From the NCBI GenBank assembly GCA_046582655.1, contig JAYGDX010000121.1, positions 1 to 23,451 of the forward strand: DNA of 23,451 bases. Reading direction: 5' to 3'. A program made the position numbers and the translations under genes. This DNA is from Candidatus Poribacteria bacterium. GTDB lineage: Bacteria; Poribacteria; WGA-4E; UBA9662. Each line of letters begins with the position of its first letter. The first letter of the stretch is position 1. A model generated the notes under the pieces. The model was given only the letters and a program-made list of their open reading frames with translations. It was not told where the DNA came from and did not search any database. Of this stretch, positions 1-11,235 are shown piece by piece.

Positions 1-122
1 GAACAGAAGGAGCTTGGATTTTAGTCTCCTTTCTGATTGTGGTGAGTCCACTCTAACAAGGTAAAACAGAAAAGGTATCAGGCAAGCTAGTTAGTCTACA
101 TCGTAGGAAGATCAGAAGAGAA

Positions 123-1022
123 TTAAGTGCCTCGGCGGTTAGTTCCAGCTTGATAGAGGCAACCATCCGCTGTCACGTATAGTGTGGTTAGATCTTGCCC
201 ACCAAAAGTGCAGTTGGTAACAATTCCACCCGGAAACAGTGCTTCTTCATCTTCATCTAAATTGGTAGTTAACAGAATTGGATGTGTTTCTAATACACGC
301 CCTTGTGGTGTAAAAACATAAAGCATAGATCCGGGGCCGCTTGTCTCCCAACCTGCTGTAGCAATAATGTTCCCGTTGATATCTAAGCACATGCCGTCAA
401 TTCCACGGTGCGGATAAAAGTTATGTAGAATGTCAAAGTTGCCAAGTGTTCCATCATCACTAATGGGATAAGATCTCAGTTCCGAGTTATTCCCAACGCC
501 ATAGTTGCTTTCAGCTACGTAAAGATGTTTCTGATCTGGTGAGACGAGGATTCCATTGGGTTTGGTCGTATCGAAAGTTGCACGATGGAGATTCCACGTT
601 CCGTCCGGTTGCTCCTCTGTATGAAATACCGACTGATGATCGAGCTCCAGATCGTCAACCTTTGATCCGTAACGCGGGTCTGTAAACCATAGTCTCCCCT
701 TGGCATCAAAGGCTAAGTCGTTTGGGCTATTCATCCGTTTATTTTGAAAGTTGTCAACAATTGCAGTTGACGTTCCATCGTCATTATAGCGTACAATCCG
801 GCGTCCACTACCCTCACACGCATACAGTTGACCGTTTGAATCAAACATTAAACCGTTGGCTTCGTTAGTGTTTTCCCGAAAGACTTTCGTTTCGTTACTT
901 TCGGGGTCATAATTCATAATCCTGTTGTTCGGAATATCAGTGAATAACACTGTTTCTCCGGTCCATGCAGGGCCCTCAGTAAAGCCAAATGGTCCAGCGA
1001 CAAGCTTAAAGTGCCAACTCAT
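123..1022 (-). CDS. SMP-30/gluconolactonase/LRE family protein (six-bladed beta-propeller)
   Basis: 299 aa ORF with family motifs FTEGPAW, FTDIPNNRI, ANGL, NSPNDL, LWFTDP, PNGILVSPD, IDGMCLD and TNCTFGG. AGAAAGGA RBS lies upstream of the ATG. Confidence 0.92.
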   Translation of the reverse strand: MSWHFKLVAGPFGFTEGPAWTGETVLFTDIPNNRIMNYDPESNETKVFRENTNEANGLMFDSNGQLYACEGSGRRIVRYNDDGTSTAIVDNFQNKRMNSPNDLAFDAKGRLWFTDPRYGSKVDDLELDHQSVFHTEEQPDGTWNLHRATFDTTKPNGILVSPDQKHLYVAESNYGVGNNSELRSYPISDDGTLGNFDILHNFYPHRGIDGMCLDINGNIIATAGWETSGPGSMLYVFTPQGRVLETHPILLTTNLDEDEEALFPGGIVTNCTFGGQDLTTLYVTADGCLYQAGTNRRGT

Positions 1023-1043
1023 CTTTTATCTATCCTTTCTTTT

Positions 1044-1790
1044 TCAAATTGCCCAATATTTCCATAAATCTTCGGGGATTTCATAACGCATTTTCTCTTT
1101 TTCTTTGTAACTCCATCGAGCGAATAACCCAAATCTGGGTATGTTGCGTATATTCCCAGAACCTGTGTGGCAAAGAAAACAGTGCCAAAAAACGACAGAT
1201 CCTGCTTTGGCAATGTATTGTGTAGGACCTTCTGGCGATCGATCCGAAAATATATGCCATCCCCAATCTTCGATTTGGTTGAAACTTCCATCAATCTGCT
1301 CCGGAAATTCTCGGAAATACTCATGGGTTGAGAAATGACTTTTGGGCCAGTAGATGAAAGCGCCTCCTTGGGGCTCAACGTCGTACAAATAGGTCGTTGC
1401 TCCTAGCATGAATCCACCAGACCAGCCATTTGGACCATAGCCGTCAATGTGTCCACTTCCCGGCATACCCCATTCCTGATCTGGCTTAGGCCATTGGGCT
1501 AAAATTTGACCCCCGCCTCCATTGAACATACCACCTCCTAATTGTTCAATTACCGTATTTACCTGTGGTAAACTACCGAAAGTATGTTCTGGCGGTGAAA
1601 CACTGAATCCTTCTATAACGTAGTCGTTAGGCCAACTCTGACGATCTTCTAGGTCTGATCCTAAATGATTCCAAAGTTGATCTCTCCAACTTTGTACAAT
1701 TTCTTCTTCAATGAATTTCTCAATTATTAAATATCCGTTTTCTTTGAAAGACGAAATTTGTTTATCTGTTAGATGATGAGAGGCTGACAT
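1044..1790 (-). CDS. Phytanoyl-CoA dioxygenase (PhyH) family Fe(II)/2-oxoglutarate oxygenase
   Basis: N-terminal LTDKQISSFKENGYLII, HxD motif (GHIDG), GGAFIYWPKSH and distal His in AGSVVFWHCFLCHTGS..N. I chose the ATG at 1790 (MSASHH) over the longer track start at 1826. Confidence 0.85.
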   Translation of the reverse strand: MSASHHLTDKQISSFKENGYLIIEKFIEEEIVQSWRDQLWNHLGSDLEDRQSWPNDYVIEGFSVSPPEHTFGSLPQVNTVIEQLGGGMFNGGGGQILAQWPKPDQEWGMPGSGHIDGYGPNGWSGGFMLGATTYLYDVEPQGGAFIYWPKSHFSTHEYFREFPEQIDGSFNQIEDWGWHIFSDRSPEGPTQYIAKAGSVVFWHCFLCHTGSGNIRNIPRFGLFARWSYKEKEKMRYEIPEDLWKYWAI

Positions 1791-1958
1791 GAATTCACCA
1801 ACAATTTTTTGGCGGTAGCATACCAAGACCGACGAAAAACATCAAGGAAAATGATTAAGAGTTCATGTAAACTTGTCTAGTGGATTTTTTGTCTACATGT
1901 ATTACGGTTATGTCGATGTAACATTTAGCCGGTTATCAATGTCCTTTGGGGTGAAATA

Positions 1959-3962
1959 ATGACTGAAGACCAAGTAAGAATTTTACGAGATGAGTTACAT
2001 TATCATGAACATAAGTACTATGTCGAGAATCAGCCGGAGATTTCAGATGTTGAGTTTGACATGTTGATGAAGGTACTTGAGAAACTGGAGAAAGAAAATC
2101 CAAGCCTGATTACCCCCAACTCCCCCACTCAACGTGTTGGTGGGCAAATGGTCCTTGGTGAACGCATTCGCCATCATGGGCTTATGCTGAGTCTGGAGAA
2201 CACATACACATCAGAAGAACTCTATGATTTTGATCGACGAATTCGTAAGACGTTGCCAGATCAGGAAATTAAATATGTTGTAGAATTAAAGGTTGATGGA
2301 TTGGGCGTGGCATTGAATTACGAGGATGGATATCTGTCTTATGGTTTGACTCGTGGAGATGGCGATTTTGGGGAAGATGTAACAGCTAATGTGCGAACGA
2401 TTAAGTCCATTCCCTTGAAGTTGAAACAGCTGAACTATATGTCAGTACCCAGCATTTTGGAAGTTCGAGGTGAGGTGTTCATACCCAAAAGCCAACTTGG
2501 TAAAGTCAATGAGCTTCGCATAAATGCTGGTGAGTCACCTTTTGCTAACACTCGAAATGCGGCTGCCGGATCCTTGCGTTTGCTGGATTCCAATATTGTT
2601 ACACAACGCCCACTTGATATTTTTATATATCGTCTAAGTTATGGAGTAGATCTGGAGACACATGACCAGGGTTTGGAGATGCTGGTGGATTTGGGATTTA
2701 AGGTCAATGAAATGGCCAATGTCTATTCATCCATGGAAGAAGTCATTCAATACTATTACGAATGGCGAGATCAGTATAAAAATCTGGATTACGATACTGA
2801 TGGCATTGTGGTCAAGGTCAATAACATCAACCATCAGGAATTGCTTGGCGTTCGTACCAAGAGTCCACGCTGGGCCATATGTTGCAAATTCCCCGCTAGT
2901 CAAGCAACTACAAGGATCAACCAGATTGAAATACAAGTAGGTCGAACAGGAGTCCTTACACCAGTCGCAACCTTGGATCCGGTTGAGATTGCCGGCGCGC
3001 GGATTAAGAATGCCACTCTGCATAACGAACAGGAAATTACCCGTAAGGATATTCGGGTAGGCGATTGGATTGTTCTTGAAAGGTCAGGTGATGTGATTCC
3101 TAAAGTAGTGTCTGTATTGGCTGAAAAGAGGTCTGGATGGGAAAAAGTCTTTCGTTTCCCAAATACCTGTCCTTCTTGTGGTGAGCAGGTACAGCGTTCT
3201 GAACAGGAAACTGCAATTCGTTGCATTAATGTTGAATGTCCAGACCAACGAAAACGTCGAATCGAGCATTTTGTATCTCGGAATGCGTTAAATATTGAAG
3301 GACTAGGTAAACAGACAGTCAAACAACTTATTGAGGTTGGTTTGGTTTCTAATATAGCAGATCTTTATCATTTACAGAAAGATGATTTGCTTGTCCTTGA
3401 GGGGTTTGGCGACCAATCAGCGGAAAACCTTATCTCAGCTATTGCTTCGAGCAAACAAAAACCGGCGTCGAGAGTTCTATTTGGACTCGGCATTCTTCAC
3501 GTAGGAAAAAGTGCTGCTGATCTCTTAATTGATTACTTTGTCTCAATAGGCGCGATTTCTGTTGCTGAAGTTGGACAGATTGGAACAATATATGGGATTG
3601 GTTCAAGAACAGCTGAAAGCGTAGTCGATTTTTTTGCTCAGCCGGATAATAGAGAACTCTTTGATCAACTGAAATTGGCAGGATTGCGGATGCGAGCAGA
3701 AGCGCCTGTCGACTTAGGTCAAGTGGAAGGATCATTCCTTGGAAAGACTTTTGTGTTAACTGGAACCTTAACCGGTATGACGCGATCAATGGTGAGCGAA
3801 AGGATTAAACTGATGGGAGGGAAGGTCAGTTCAAACGTTAGCAAAAACACCGATTTTTTGGTCGGTGGTGAAAATGCGGGCAACAAGAAAAACCAAGCGA
3901 TAGCGCTAGGTATCCAAATACTAACCGAAGATACCTTTCTGGAAATGATAGATTCAGTGTAA
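1959..3962 (+). CDS. ligA: NAD-dependent DNA ligase
   Basis: 667 aa with adenylation motif ELKVDG, TRGDG..GEDVT.N, EVRGE, FANTRNAAAGSLR, QVGRTG.LTPVA, NATLHN, C4 zinc finger (CPSC...C...C), HhH repeats and C-terminal BRCT (GKTFVLTGTL). No intein seen. Confidence 0.99.
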   Translation: MTEDQVRILRDELHYHEHKYYVENQPEISDVEFDMLMKVLEKLEKENPSLITPNSPTQRVGGQMVLGERIRHHGLMLSLENTYTSEELYDFDRRIRKTLPDQEIKYVVELKVDGLGVALNYEDGYLSYGLTRGDGDFGEDVTANVRTIKSIPLKLKQLNYMSVPSILEVRGEVFIPKSQLGKVNELRINAGESPFANTRNAAAGSLRLLDSNIVTQRPLDIFIYRLSYGVDLETHDQGLEMLVDLGFKVNEMANVYSSMEEVIQYYYEWRDQYKNLDYDTDGIVVKVNNINHQELLGVRTKSPRWAICCKFPASQATTRINQIEIQVGRTGVLTPVATLDPVEIAGARIKNATLHNEQEITRKDIRVGDWIVLERSGDVIPKVVSVLAEKRSGWEKVFRFPNTCPSCGEQVQRSEQETAIRCINVECPDQRKRRIEHFVSRNALNIEGLGKQTVKQLIEVGLVSNIADLYHLQKDDLLVLEGFGDQSAENLISAIASSKQKPASRVLFGLGILHVGKSAADLLIDYFVSIGAISVAEVGQIGTIYGIGSRTAESVVDFFAQPDNRELFDQLKLAGLRMRAEAPVDLGQVEGSFLGKTFVLTGTLTGMTRSMVSERIKLMGGKVSSNVSKNTDFLVGGENAGNKKNQAIALGIQILTEDTFLEMIDSV

Positions 3963-3994
3963 GAAAGGTTGTATAATTTTGCCTTTGTTAGTTT

Positions 3995-6922
3995 CTATTC
4001 ACTTGAGTACGAATCAAGCGGTGGGCAGGCACAAACTAAATTTCGATCACCATAAGCTTCATTTATCCGTGCAACAGGAGGCCAATATTTCCGATTGCCA
4101 ATCCAAGGCATAGGAAAAGCTGCTTTCTGTCGAGAATACGGGTGTAACCATTCTGTTGTCGTTACCTGTAGGGCTGTGTGTGGCGCGTTCTTGAGTACGT
4201 TATCGTTGCGGTCTGACTCTCCATTTTCAATGTCAGCAATTTCTTTCCGTATTTCGATCATCGCATCACAAAATCTATCTAGTTCAGCTTTTGATTCGCT
4301 CTCAGTCGGTTCAATCATCATAGTGCCTGGGATAGGCCAGGATACCGTAGGTGCATGAAATCCATAATCCATTAAGCGCTTGGCCACGTCACTGACATCA
4401 ATCCCCGAAGTTTTCTTGAAATTGCGGAGATCGATGATACATTCATGAGCCACAAGTCCATGTTGACCTTTATAGACTACAGAGTAGTATGGATCTAAAC
4501 ATTTGGCAATATAATTGGCGTTTAGGATAGCAATTTCTGTTGCTTGTTTCAGTCCATCTGATCCCATCATAGCGATATAGGCCCACGAAATTGGCAATAT
4601 GTTTGCGCTTCCCCACGGAGCTGATGAAACTGGACCGATACCATCAGCTTCTTGCAAGTCATAGGTAAGTGTGTGTTCAATGGTGTAAGAATCCTTTTGT
4701 TTACTTACAATTGGGTGGGTTGGCAGAAAGGGTATTAGGTGCTCATTGACTGCAATTGGTCCCATGCCGGGACCTCCCCCACCGTGAGGGATACAGAAGG
4801 TTTTATGCAGGTTCAGATGGCAAACGTCCGGACCGAAATCACCGGGTCGACATAGGCCAATCATGGCATTCAGATTCGCTCCGTCCATGTATACTTGTCC
4901 GCCATGCTGATGTATAATTTGACAGATTTCACTAATTCCCTCTTCAAATACCCCGTGAGTTGAGGGATAAGTGATCATCATCGCTGCCAGATTTTGTTTG
5001 TACTCCTGTGATTTTCGTTGGAGGTCAGTTAGGTCTACGTTTCCTTCGGTGTCGCAATCCACAACAATGACATGCATTCCAGCCATCACGGCGCTGGCTG
5101 GATTTGTGCCGTGGGCCGACTTAGGAATCAGACATACGTTTCTATGACCTTCACCGCGGCTTCGGTGATACTGGCGAATAACTAAAAGGCCTGCATATTC
5201 GCCTTGTGATCCAGCGTTTGGTTGTAGTGAGACGCCGTCAAAACCGGTAATGTGAGACAACCAAGTCTCAAGTTGATCAAACAGTAACTGGTACCCTTCT
5301 GTTTGTTCAATTGGAGCAAATGGATGAAGTTGACTAAATTCTGGCCATGTTACAGGAACCATTTCGGCAGTTGCATTCAACTTCATAGTACAAGAACCAA
5401 GCGGGATCATGGAGTTGGCCAAAGATAGGTCTTTCTCCTGAAGTTGATGTATGTATCGCAGCATCTCGGTTTCAGAGTGATATGTATTAAAAACTGGATG
5501 GGTTAGATAAGAGCTCTCTCTCTGTAGTTTGCCAAAATCCGACGGGTAAGATTCGATGATTCCATCAGTTAGTCGGTCAAAATCAAATGAAAGTTCCTGA
5601 TTGATAGAAAAAACTTGAAGCAAATCTTGAACGTCCTGAACCGAAGCTGTTTCATCGAGAGAAATACCAACACGATCAGAATTAAAAATCCGCAAGTTAA
5701 TCTTTTTCTGTTGAGCAACCGATAACAACGAATTGAGATCGACGGATCCGAGATTGATGCTAATTGTGTCGAAAAAATGATCGGCGCTGAGCGAATAATT
5801 TAGCAGCTTAAGCCCTTCACGGAGTAGATGTGTGAGTGCGTGAATTCGCTTAGCAATATGACGAATCCCTTCTGGCCCATGGTAGATGGCATACATACTT
5901 GCCATGACAGCCAGCAGTACTTGTGCTGTACAGATGTTGCTAGTTGCTTTTTCTCGTCGTATATGCTGCTCACGTGTCTGCAGTGCAAGACGGATTGCTG
6001 GAGAACCTTCGGTATCCTGTGAAAGCCCAACGATCCGACCTGGCGCTTTGCGCTTGAACTTCTCTTTAGTAGAAAAGTAGGCGGCATGTGGCCCTCCATA
6101 ACCCATCGGTACTCCGAATCGTTGTGTGGAACCAACAGCAATATCCGCATCGAATTCTCCGGGAGGCTTTAAAAGCGCTAGTGAAAGCAGATCGGCGGCA
6201 ACAACCAATAGCCCGCTGGCAGCATGAACTTTTTCCGCAAATTCCCCATAATCATGAACAACACCATCTGTGGTAGGATACTGGACAATTGCTCCCAAGA
6301 TTGTTTGATCGAAAGTTATCGTTTGATGGTCACTAATTATCAGCTCAATGTCAAGTGGCTCGGCACGTGTGCGAACAACTTCGATTGTCTGCGGATGACA
6401 GGTCTCTGACACAAAAAAAATTCTGTTGACATCTGGTTTTGCCACTGACAAGCACATTGCCATAGCTTCAGCTGCCGCTGTTCCTTCATCAAGAAGCGAC
6501 GCGTTGGCTATTGGTAAGCCAGTTAGATCAATAATCATTGTTTGGAAATTCAACAGCGCTTCAAGCCGACCTTGAGCAACTTCTGCTTGGTAAGGTGTAT
6601 AAGCAGTATACCAACTTGGATTCTCAAGAATATTTCTTTGGATGACGAGGGGCGTAATGCAATTGTAGTAGCCCATGCCGATGAACGATCGATAAAGATC
6701 ATTTTTGGACGCGATTTTTTTTAGTTTATTCAGGACGTCGAATTCTGTCCAGGCCTGATCAAATTTTAGCGGCTGAATATCTCGGATTCTCTCTGGGACG
6801 ACATCCTTTATGAGTGCGTCAATTGAACCATACCCAACGGTTTTCAACATCGATTTGAGCTCTTCAACTCGGGGCCCCAGATGACGGTTAACGAATAGGT
6901 CTTTTCGATGCAAGTCTGACAT
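3995..6922 (-). CDS. gcvP: Glycine dehydrogenase (decarboxylating), single-chain P protein
   Basis: 975 aa with [61 protein letters not shown]-lysine motif [18 protein letters not shown] and [10 protein letters not shown]. Confidence 0.99.
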   Translation of the reverse strand: MSDLHRKDLFVNRHLGPRVEELKSMLKTVGYGSIDALIKDVVPERIRDIQPLKFDQAWTEFDVLNKLKKIASKNDLYRSFIGMGYYNCITPLVIQRNILENPSWYTAYTPYQAEVAQGRLEALLNFQTMIIDLTGLPIANASLLDEGTAAAEAMAMCLSVAKPDVNRIFFVSETCHPQTIEVVRTRAEPLDIELIISDHQTITFDQTILGAIVQYPTTDGVVHDYGEFAEKVHAASGLLVVAADLLSLALLKPPGEFDADIAVGSTQRFGVPMGYGGPHAAYFSTKEKFKRKAPGRIVGLSQDTEGSPAIRLALQTREQHIRREKATSNICTAQVLLAVMASMYAIYHGPEGIRHIAKRIHALTHLLREGLKLLNYSLSADHFFDTISINLGSVDLNSLLSVAQQKKINLRIFNSDRVGISLDETASVQDVQDLLQVFSINQELSFDFDRLTDGIIESYPSDFGKLQRESSYLTHPVFNTYHSETEMLRYIHQLQEKDLSLANSMIPLGSCTMKLNATAEMVPVTWPEFSQLHPFAPIEQTEGYQLLFDQLETWLSHITGFDGVSLQPNAGSQGEYAGLLVIRQYHRSRGEGHRNVCLIPKSAHGTNPASAVMAGMHVIVVDCDTEGNVDLTDLQRKSQEYKQNLAAMMITYPSTHGVFEEGISEICQIIHQHGGQVYMDGANLNAMIGLCRPGDFGPDVCHLNLHKTFCIPHGGGGPGMGPIAVNEHLIPFLPTHPIVSKQKDSYTIEHTLTYDLQEADGIGPVSSAPWGSANILPISWAYIAMMGSDGLKQATEIAILNANYIAKCLDPYYSVVYKGQHGLVAHECIIDLRNFKKTSGIDVSDVAKRLMDYGFHAPTVSWPIPGTMMIEPTESESKAELDRFCDAMIEIRKEIADIENGESDRNDNVLKNAPHTALQVTTTEWLHPYSRQKAAFPMPWIGNRKYWPPVARINEAYGDRNLVCACPPLDSYSSE

Positions 6923-7329
6923 TATTCACCCATTTCTTTGCTTTCGATGTGAGTAAAATAGTCTTCGGCAGAGAGTAAATTGTCCAATTCATTAGAATCA
7001 TCCATCCGAATTTTTATCATCCACCCTTGATTATATGGGTCTTCATTTACCAGTTCTGGCGTATACTCAAGTTCCTGATTGATTTCGATAATTTCGCCAC
7101 TTACTGGTGCATACAGGTCATAGGCAGCTTTGACAGATTCAATTACTCCAAATTCCTCCTTTTGCTTGGTGGTAAAACCAACTTCAGGCAACTCGACATA
7201 AACGACATTTTGTAGCTCCGCCTGAGCGTGATCCGATATTCCAACCGTAACAATATTATCTTTGCATCTGGCCCACTCGTGGGATTCATTATATCTAAGA
7301 TCCTCTGGATGTCTAAGTTCGTCTGCCAT
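6922..7329 (-). CDS. gcvH: Glycine cleavage system H protein
   Basis: 135 aa with [12 protein letters not shown], lipoyl-lysine motif [16 protein letters not shown] and [11 protein letters not shown]. Stop overlaps the gcvP start (TAATG). Confidence 0.98.
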   Translation of the reverse strand: MADELRHPEDLRYNESHEWARCKDNIVTVGISDHAQAELQNVVYVELPEVGFTTKQKEEFGVIESVKAAYDLYAPVSGEIIEINQELEYTPELVNEDPYNQGWMIKIRMDDSNELDNLLSAEDYFTHIESKEMGE

Positions 7330-7334
7330 TTGGT

Positions 7335-10076
7335 TTAAAATTCCTCGTTTTCTTTGTTAGGATACATTCTAATTTCGTCAAACCAACCTTCTATAAAATT
7401 TTTATTTTCTTCGTACACCCAGATTCCAAGCGCCAAGGTAAGCGTTTCAATCTCCAAGCTGTTCCATACTCCGGTTTCATGTATCCGATCAAGATCTTGA
7501 ACCGGATCCCGATCTATTTCCTGCCAACTGCCCTTAGGAGCTTCAAACTGGTACGCTGCTGTGTAGAGTCCACCAGTTTCAGGTCCCTCGTTTTTCCGAT
7601 CCCAAGAGTCACCTCCCCAGTAGTAGAGGAGTTGTAAGCGACTTTGACCTGTACCATCATGACCGATGATTTTTAGATTTGCATTTCCTGTTGGCGAAGA
7701 CTTCTCTATCTTGTATCTGACCGATATTCGGGAATCACTGGTCCACAGGACTTTTTGCTGTACGCTAAATGTCTTGTATCGATTTTGAGTGTCTGCTGAA
7801 AAATACAGGGCCATACCTTCGGGATTACCAGTTGATTCTTGCTTCTTTTTTATCTCGGAGGTTAGACGTATGAATACGTCGACGTTCTGAATCGCGATCT
7901 GCCATCCGGTAAGTTTACCGCTTCCTGCCTCAAATCCTCCGTTTCGTATGTCAGATGTAATGTCAGGAATTATTGCTTTTGAAACGGATTGGATTTGATC
8001 TAAAACCTCTTCCACCAGCGGGATCGCGTGCTGGTTCTCAATTTTTGAGGAGAAAGAGAAAATAGGTGTTTTCATCCAGCTTTCCTCAATAGAACAATAA
8101 ATGGGTTCAATTTCTTTTTTACTGAACTCAAAATTTCCGTCTAAGACTTTTTCCTCTAAGTAATTGAGATAAGCTTCTACTCGAGGACGATGGTAGAGAT
8201 GAAACATCTCAACAATGTCACGTCGATTATAGTCACGCAGGTTATCTCGGAGCGCAAAACTCAAAACGGAGTCTTTAAAATAATATTCCACATTTTTCTT
8301 TCGATCATCTGTCATGGCTGGATATTGGTAAATGTGATCCAGTACCGGTTTTAACCAATACTCCTTTCGGGATTCGATTAAAGACGCCACTATGTCAAGA
8401 CATGATCTCATGACAGACGCTGATTCTTGAAACGTCTCTTTATCTTTCCATTGAAAGGCGTTATAAAGTCGCAACGAATACCCATTAAAAACTTCTCCTA
8501 CCAGCTGTTTAGCAATCATTACCAGATCTTTCTGGTACAAGTCATTGTTTTCCTGACAATCTATTTGGGTGAGTGCAATTTTTAATGCCCGTTCCAAATG
8601 TGTTATATAGGATAGACGGTCTGGGAGGTTGGCTGGAAAATCAGTTCCCATCCGTGACTGCCAAAAGGGGGAGATTCGATCATCCGTACTGTACACACTT
8701 GCTACTAATTCTTGATAAACTTGTGCCATAAGAGGAGCCGATATTGTACCGTATCGACGTTCAGCATAATCAAAGATAAAATCATCCAGTTGGACATCCT
8801 GAGGGATCCACGATAGACGGGCAGCGAGATCGAAATAAAAATCGTTATAAATTATAACTTCCGGGTTGATATATAGACCGAGGCAGTTTGACGCCTCCGG
8901 ATCACTAACTAGCCGTTTAACCTTTTGGATTAAGTCAGCGACGTTACCATGAAGAGAGGTATCACCGCCAAAAGAATGGAGTATGCCAAACACCCAATCG
9001 TGTCCGTAAAAATACTGGTAGCGTTTATGGATGGGATGACTTTCACCCCATGTGTCAGCGATATAGAATTTATTTTTGCCGATAACTTGAAAAAAAGCCT
9101 CAGCCGTTTCTTGACGCCATCTTGGATTGAAGAGTGCCCATCCACTGGCATACCAAACTCCTTCAAGATCCGATTCTTGAATTTTTGAGAGTGTATCCTT
9201 AGCGAATTGAGCAATAATTTGATCTTCCTCTTGTGCATCGTCACTAACTCGTTTTTCTGGATAGGGATCATAGTTGTAGAGATGATCCTCTGGACTGAAA
9301 AATTGGATGCCCAAATCGGTGCGCCCATATTCTTTCGCTGCCGAAAATGTGTTTCTGAGACCAAGCATCGAATGCGTCACCATCTTCCGATTTACCAATG
9401 CCACCAGGCCACATGAGCCGATTCTGTTTCTTCCACGCAGCCCAGTCCAGATGATGTTTCTGTTGATCTAGATCCCAATAATCCAGCTATAGGTAAAAAC
9501 ACATCCTTGGTTGTATTGGCGCAACGGGAAGTGGGGTTTTTCATTTATACTCAGGTTTGTAACTTTCCAACTCTTGCGTTTCGGGATATATTCTCCATCC
9601 CAAAAGACGCCAACTTTTCCTGTTTGTTCTAGGAAATGTGTTGTTGCATAAAGAACTGCTCGGTCGCTGCTGCCTCCGATAACTAAATAGTTCGTTTGCT
9701 GATCATAAATTGTCTTTACAACGATTCCGTCGCCTCCAGGTGAGTCTTGAGAAAGTCTGAAGAGCCCCTTTTTAACCATTTGGTGAATTATCTGATTCGA
9801 CTCCGATTTACCTATCAAAACCACCGATTGTCCGGAATTAGAGGTGAATTCTGATTCCCTAATTGGTGATGGTACCAAAGATTGGTTTGCCATCATGGCC
9901 AAGTAACGACAAAATAACTGTCCAGCATGTTTTTCTATTCGAGAAGGGAAATCAGGTAGAACTACGGTTGCACTAACCTCTTCATCTTGAATAAGAGATA
10001 CTTCTTGTCCCTCCACATCCTGATAAGAAGAAGCAATAAAAAGGGAAAATGCAACCAGTCTAAAAGCTTGACTCAT
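7335..10076 (-). pseudogene. GH89 alpha-N-acetylglucosaminidase-like multidomain protein, split by two compensating frameshifts (track ORFs 9468..10076 and 7335..9404)
   Basis: Signal-peptide-like N-terminus and GH20/GH67-type N-domain (DGIVVKT, LVIGGSSDRAVLYA..HFLE). FPLRQYNQGCVFTYSW continues in the -1 frame as DYWDLDQQKHHLDWAAW. The downstream ORF has DHLYNYDPYPE, VWYASGW, LHSFGG and GLYINPEVIIYN, matching GH89 barrel motifs with both catalytic Glu positions. C-terminal CBM-like domain starts IRNGGFE...GW. Could be an intact gene with sequencing errors. Confidence 0.75.
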
Positions 10077-10125
10077 TTTTGTTCGTTTATGTGTTCAACA
10101 TTTTTTTGAATCATGAAGAGTGAAA

Positions 10126-11235
10126 TTACACAGTAGGGTTCTGGTGACTGTAAAATGGTATTGGGACAACCTCGGCAGGATGAAACTTTTGGCGTATTTG
10201 AATTTCGATTTTTGAACCGATCTTCCCTCGTTCGGTTGGCAAGTATGCCAACCCGATATTAGCTCCCAAGGTTGGTGAAAGTCCACCACTAGTGACTTTG
10301 CTAACGCATTCTTTGTCTTGGTAAATCGGATAATGTGGACGGGCAATACTTCGATCCTGCATCCGGAAGCCAATTAAACAGCGTGTGGTCCCTTGTTTTT
10401 TTTCCTTTATCAACGCATCCCGCCCAATAAAATCTTCTTTTTTAAGAGAGACCGTCCAACTTAATCCTGATTCCAAAGGGGTAATTGTTTGGTCAATATC
10501 ATTGCCATATAAAGGCAAACCTGCTTCTAATCGTAGTGTGTCTCTCGCACCAAGTCCAATGGGCAACCCTTCCGCTGCGATAGTCGATTTGTAGAGGTTA
10601 TCCCAGAGATCTGCTCCGTAATCAGCATCAACATATAACTCAAATCCAACCTCTCCCGTATATCCTGTGCGCGAGATGATAACAGGAATACCAGCAATAT
10701 TTTCTTCTTTAAACCAATAGTATTGAATGGCTGTCACATCGATATCTGAGAGTGTTTGAAGAATCTGAGGTGAGTTCTGTCCCTGCAAGGCAATCAAAAC
10801 AGTTTGATCACTGTGATTTTCGACGTTTGTCTTTTCACTATTGTGTAAACATATCCATTCAAAATCCTGCTCGATGTTGGATGCGTTCACAACTAGCATG
10901 TACCGATCTTCTGCCAGACGGTATACAAGCAAATCGTCGATAATACCACCTGCTGGATTACACATTGGGCTATACAGAACACGTCCATCAACCAGTTTCC
11001 CTGCCGCATCGTTAGTGATTAGTTTCTGAACCAATTTTAATGCGCCCTGCCCAAAGATTTCTATTTCTCCCATGTGGGAAAGATCGAATATTCCTACCTT
11101 TGATCTAACTGTGAGATGCTCATCGATGATGTTACTGTATAGAACCGGCATCTCCCATCCACCAAATTCAATCAGTTTTGCACCAAGTTGTTTATGTATA
11201 TGATGTAGAGGTGTGCGTTTTAAGTTTTCTGACAT
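10126..11235 (-). CDS. gcvT: Glycine cleavage system T protein (aminomethyltransferase)
   Basis: LKRTPL, FGGWEMP, GIFDLSHMGEI, GGIIDDLLVY, VVNASN, SRTGYTGE.GFE and GLGARDTLRLEAG.PLYG. Start set at ATG 11235 (MSENLKRTPL), giving 369 aa. Confidence 0.98.
   Translation of the reverse strand: MSENLKRTPLHHIHKQLGAKLIEFGGWEMPVLYSNIIDEHLTVRSKVGIFDLSHMGEIEIFGQGALKLVQKLITNDAAGKLVDGRVLYSPMCNPAGGIIDDLLVYRLAEDRYMLVVNASNIEQDFEWICLHNSEKTNVENHSDQTVLIALQGQNSPQILQTLSDIDVTAIQYYWFKEENIAGIPVIISRTGYTGEVGFELYVDADYGADLWDNLYKSTIAAEGLPIGLGARDTLRLEAGLPLYGNDIDQTITPLESGLSWTVSLKKEDFIGRDALIKEKKQGTTRCLIGFRMQDRSIARPHYPIYQDKECVSKVTSGGLSPTLGANIGLAYLPTERGKIGSKIEIQIRQKFHPAEVVPIPFYSHQNPTV

Noticed and set aside
4..35. Imperfect hairpin CAGAAGGAG...CTCCTTTCTG downstream of the lactonase gene
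   Set aside because: No U-tract is visible and it lies at the window edge, so it cannot be called a terminator.
3963..3994. Possible bidirectional terminator between convergent ligA and gcvP
   Set aside because: Only a weak AAAGG/CCTTT stem, with no GC-rich hairpin or U-tract.
9468..9470. Pyrrolysine or amber read-through joining the two GH89 ORFs
   Set aside because: The family-like W-D...DW motif lies in the -1 frame, so read-through would give the wrong peptide. No pyl genes are in the window.
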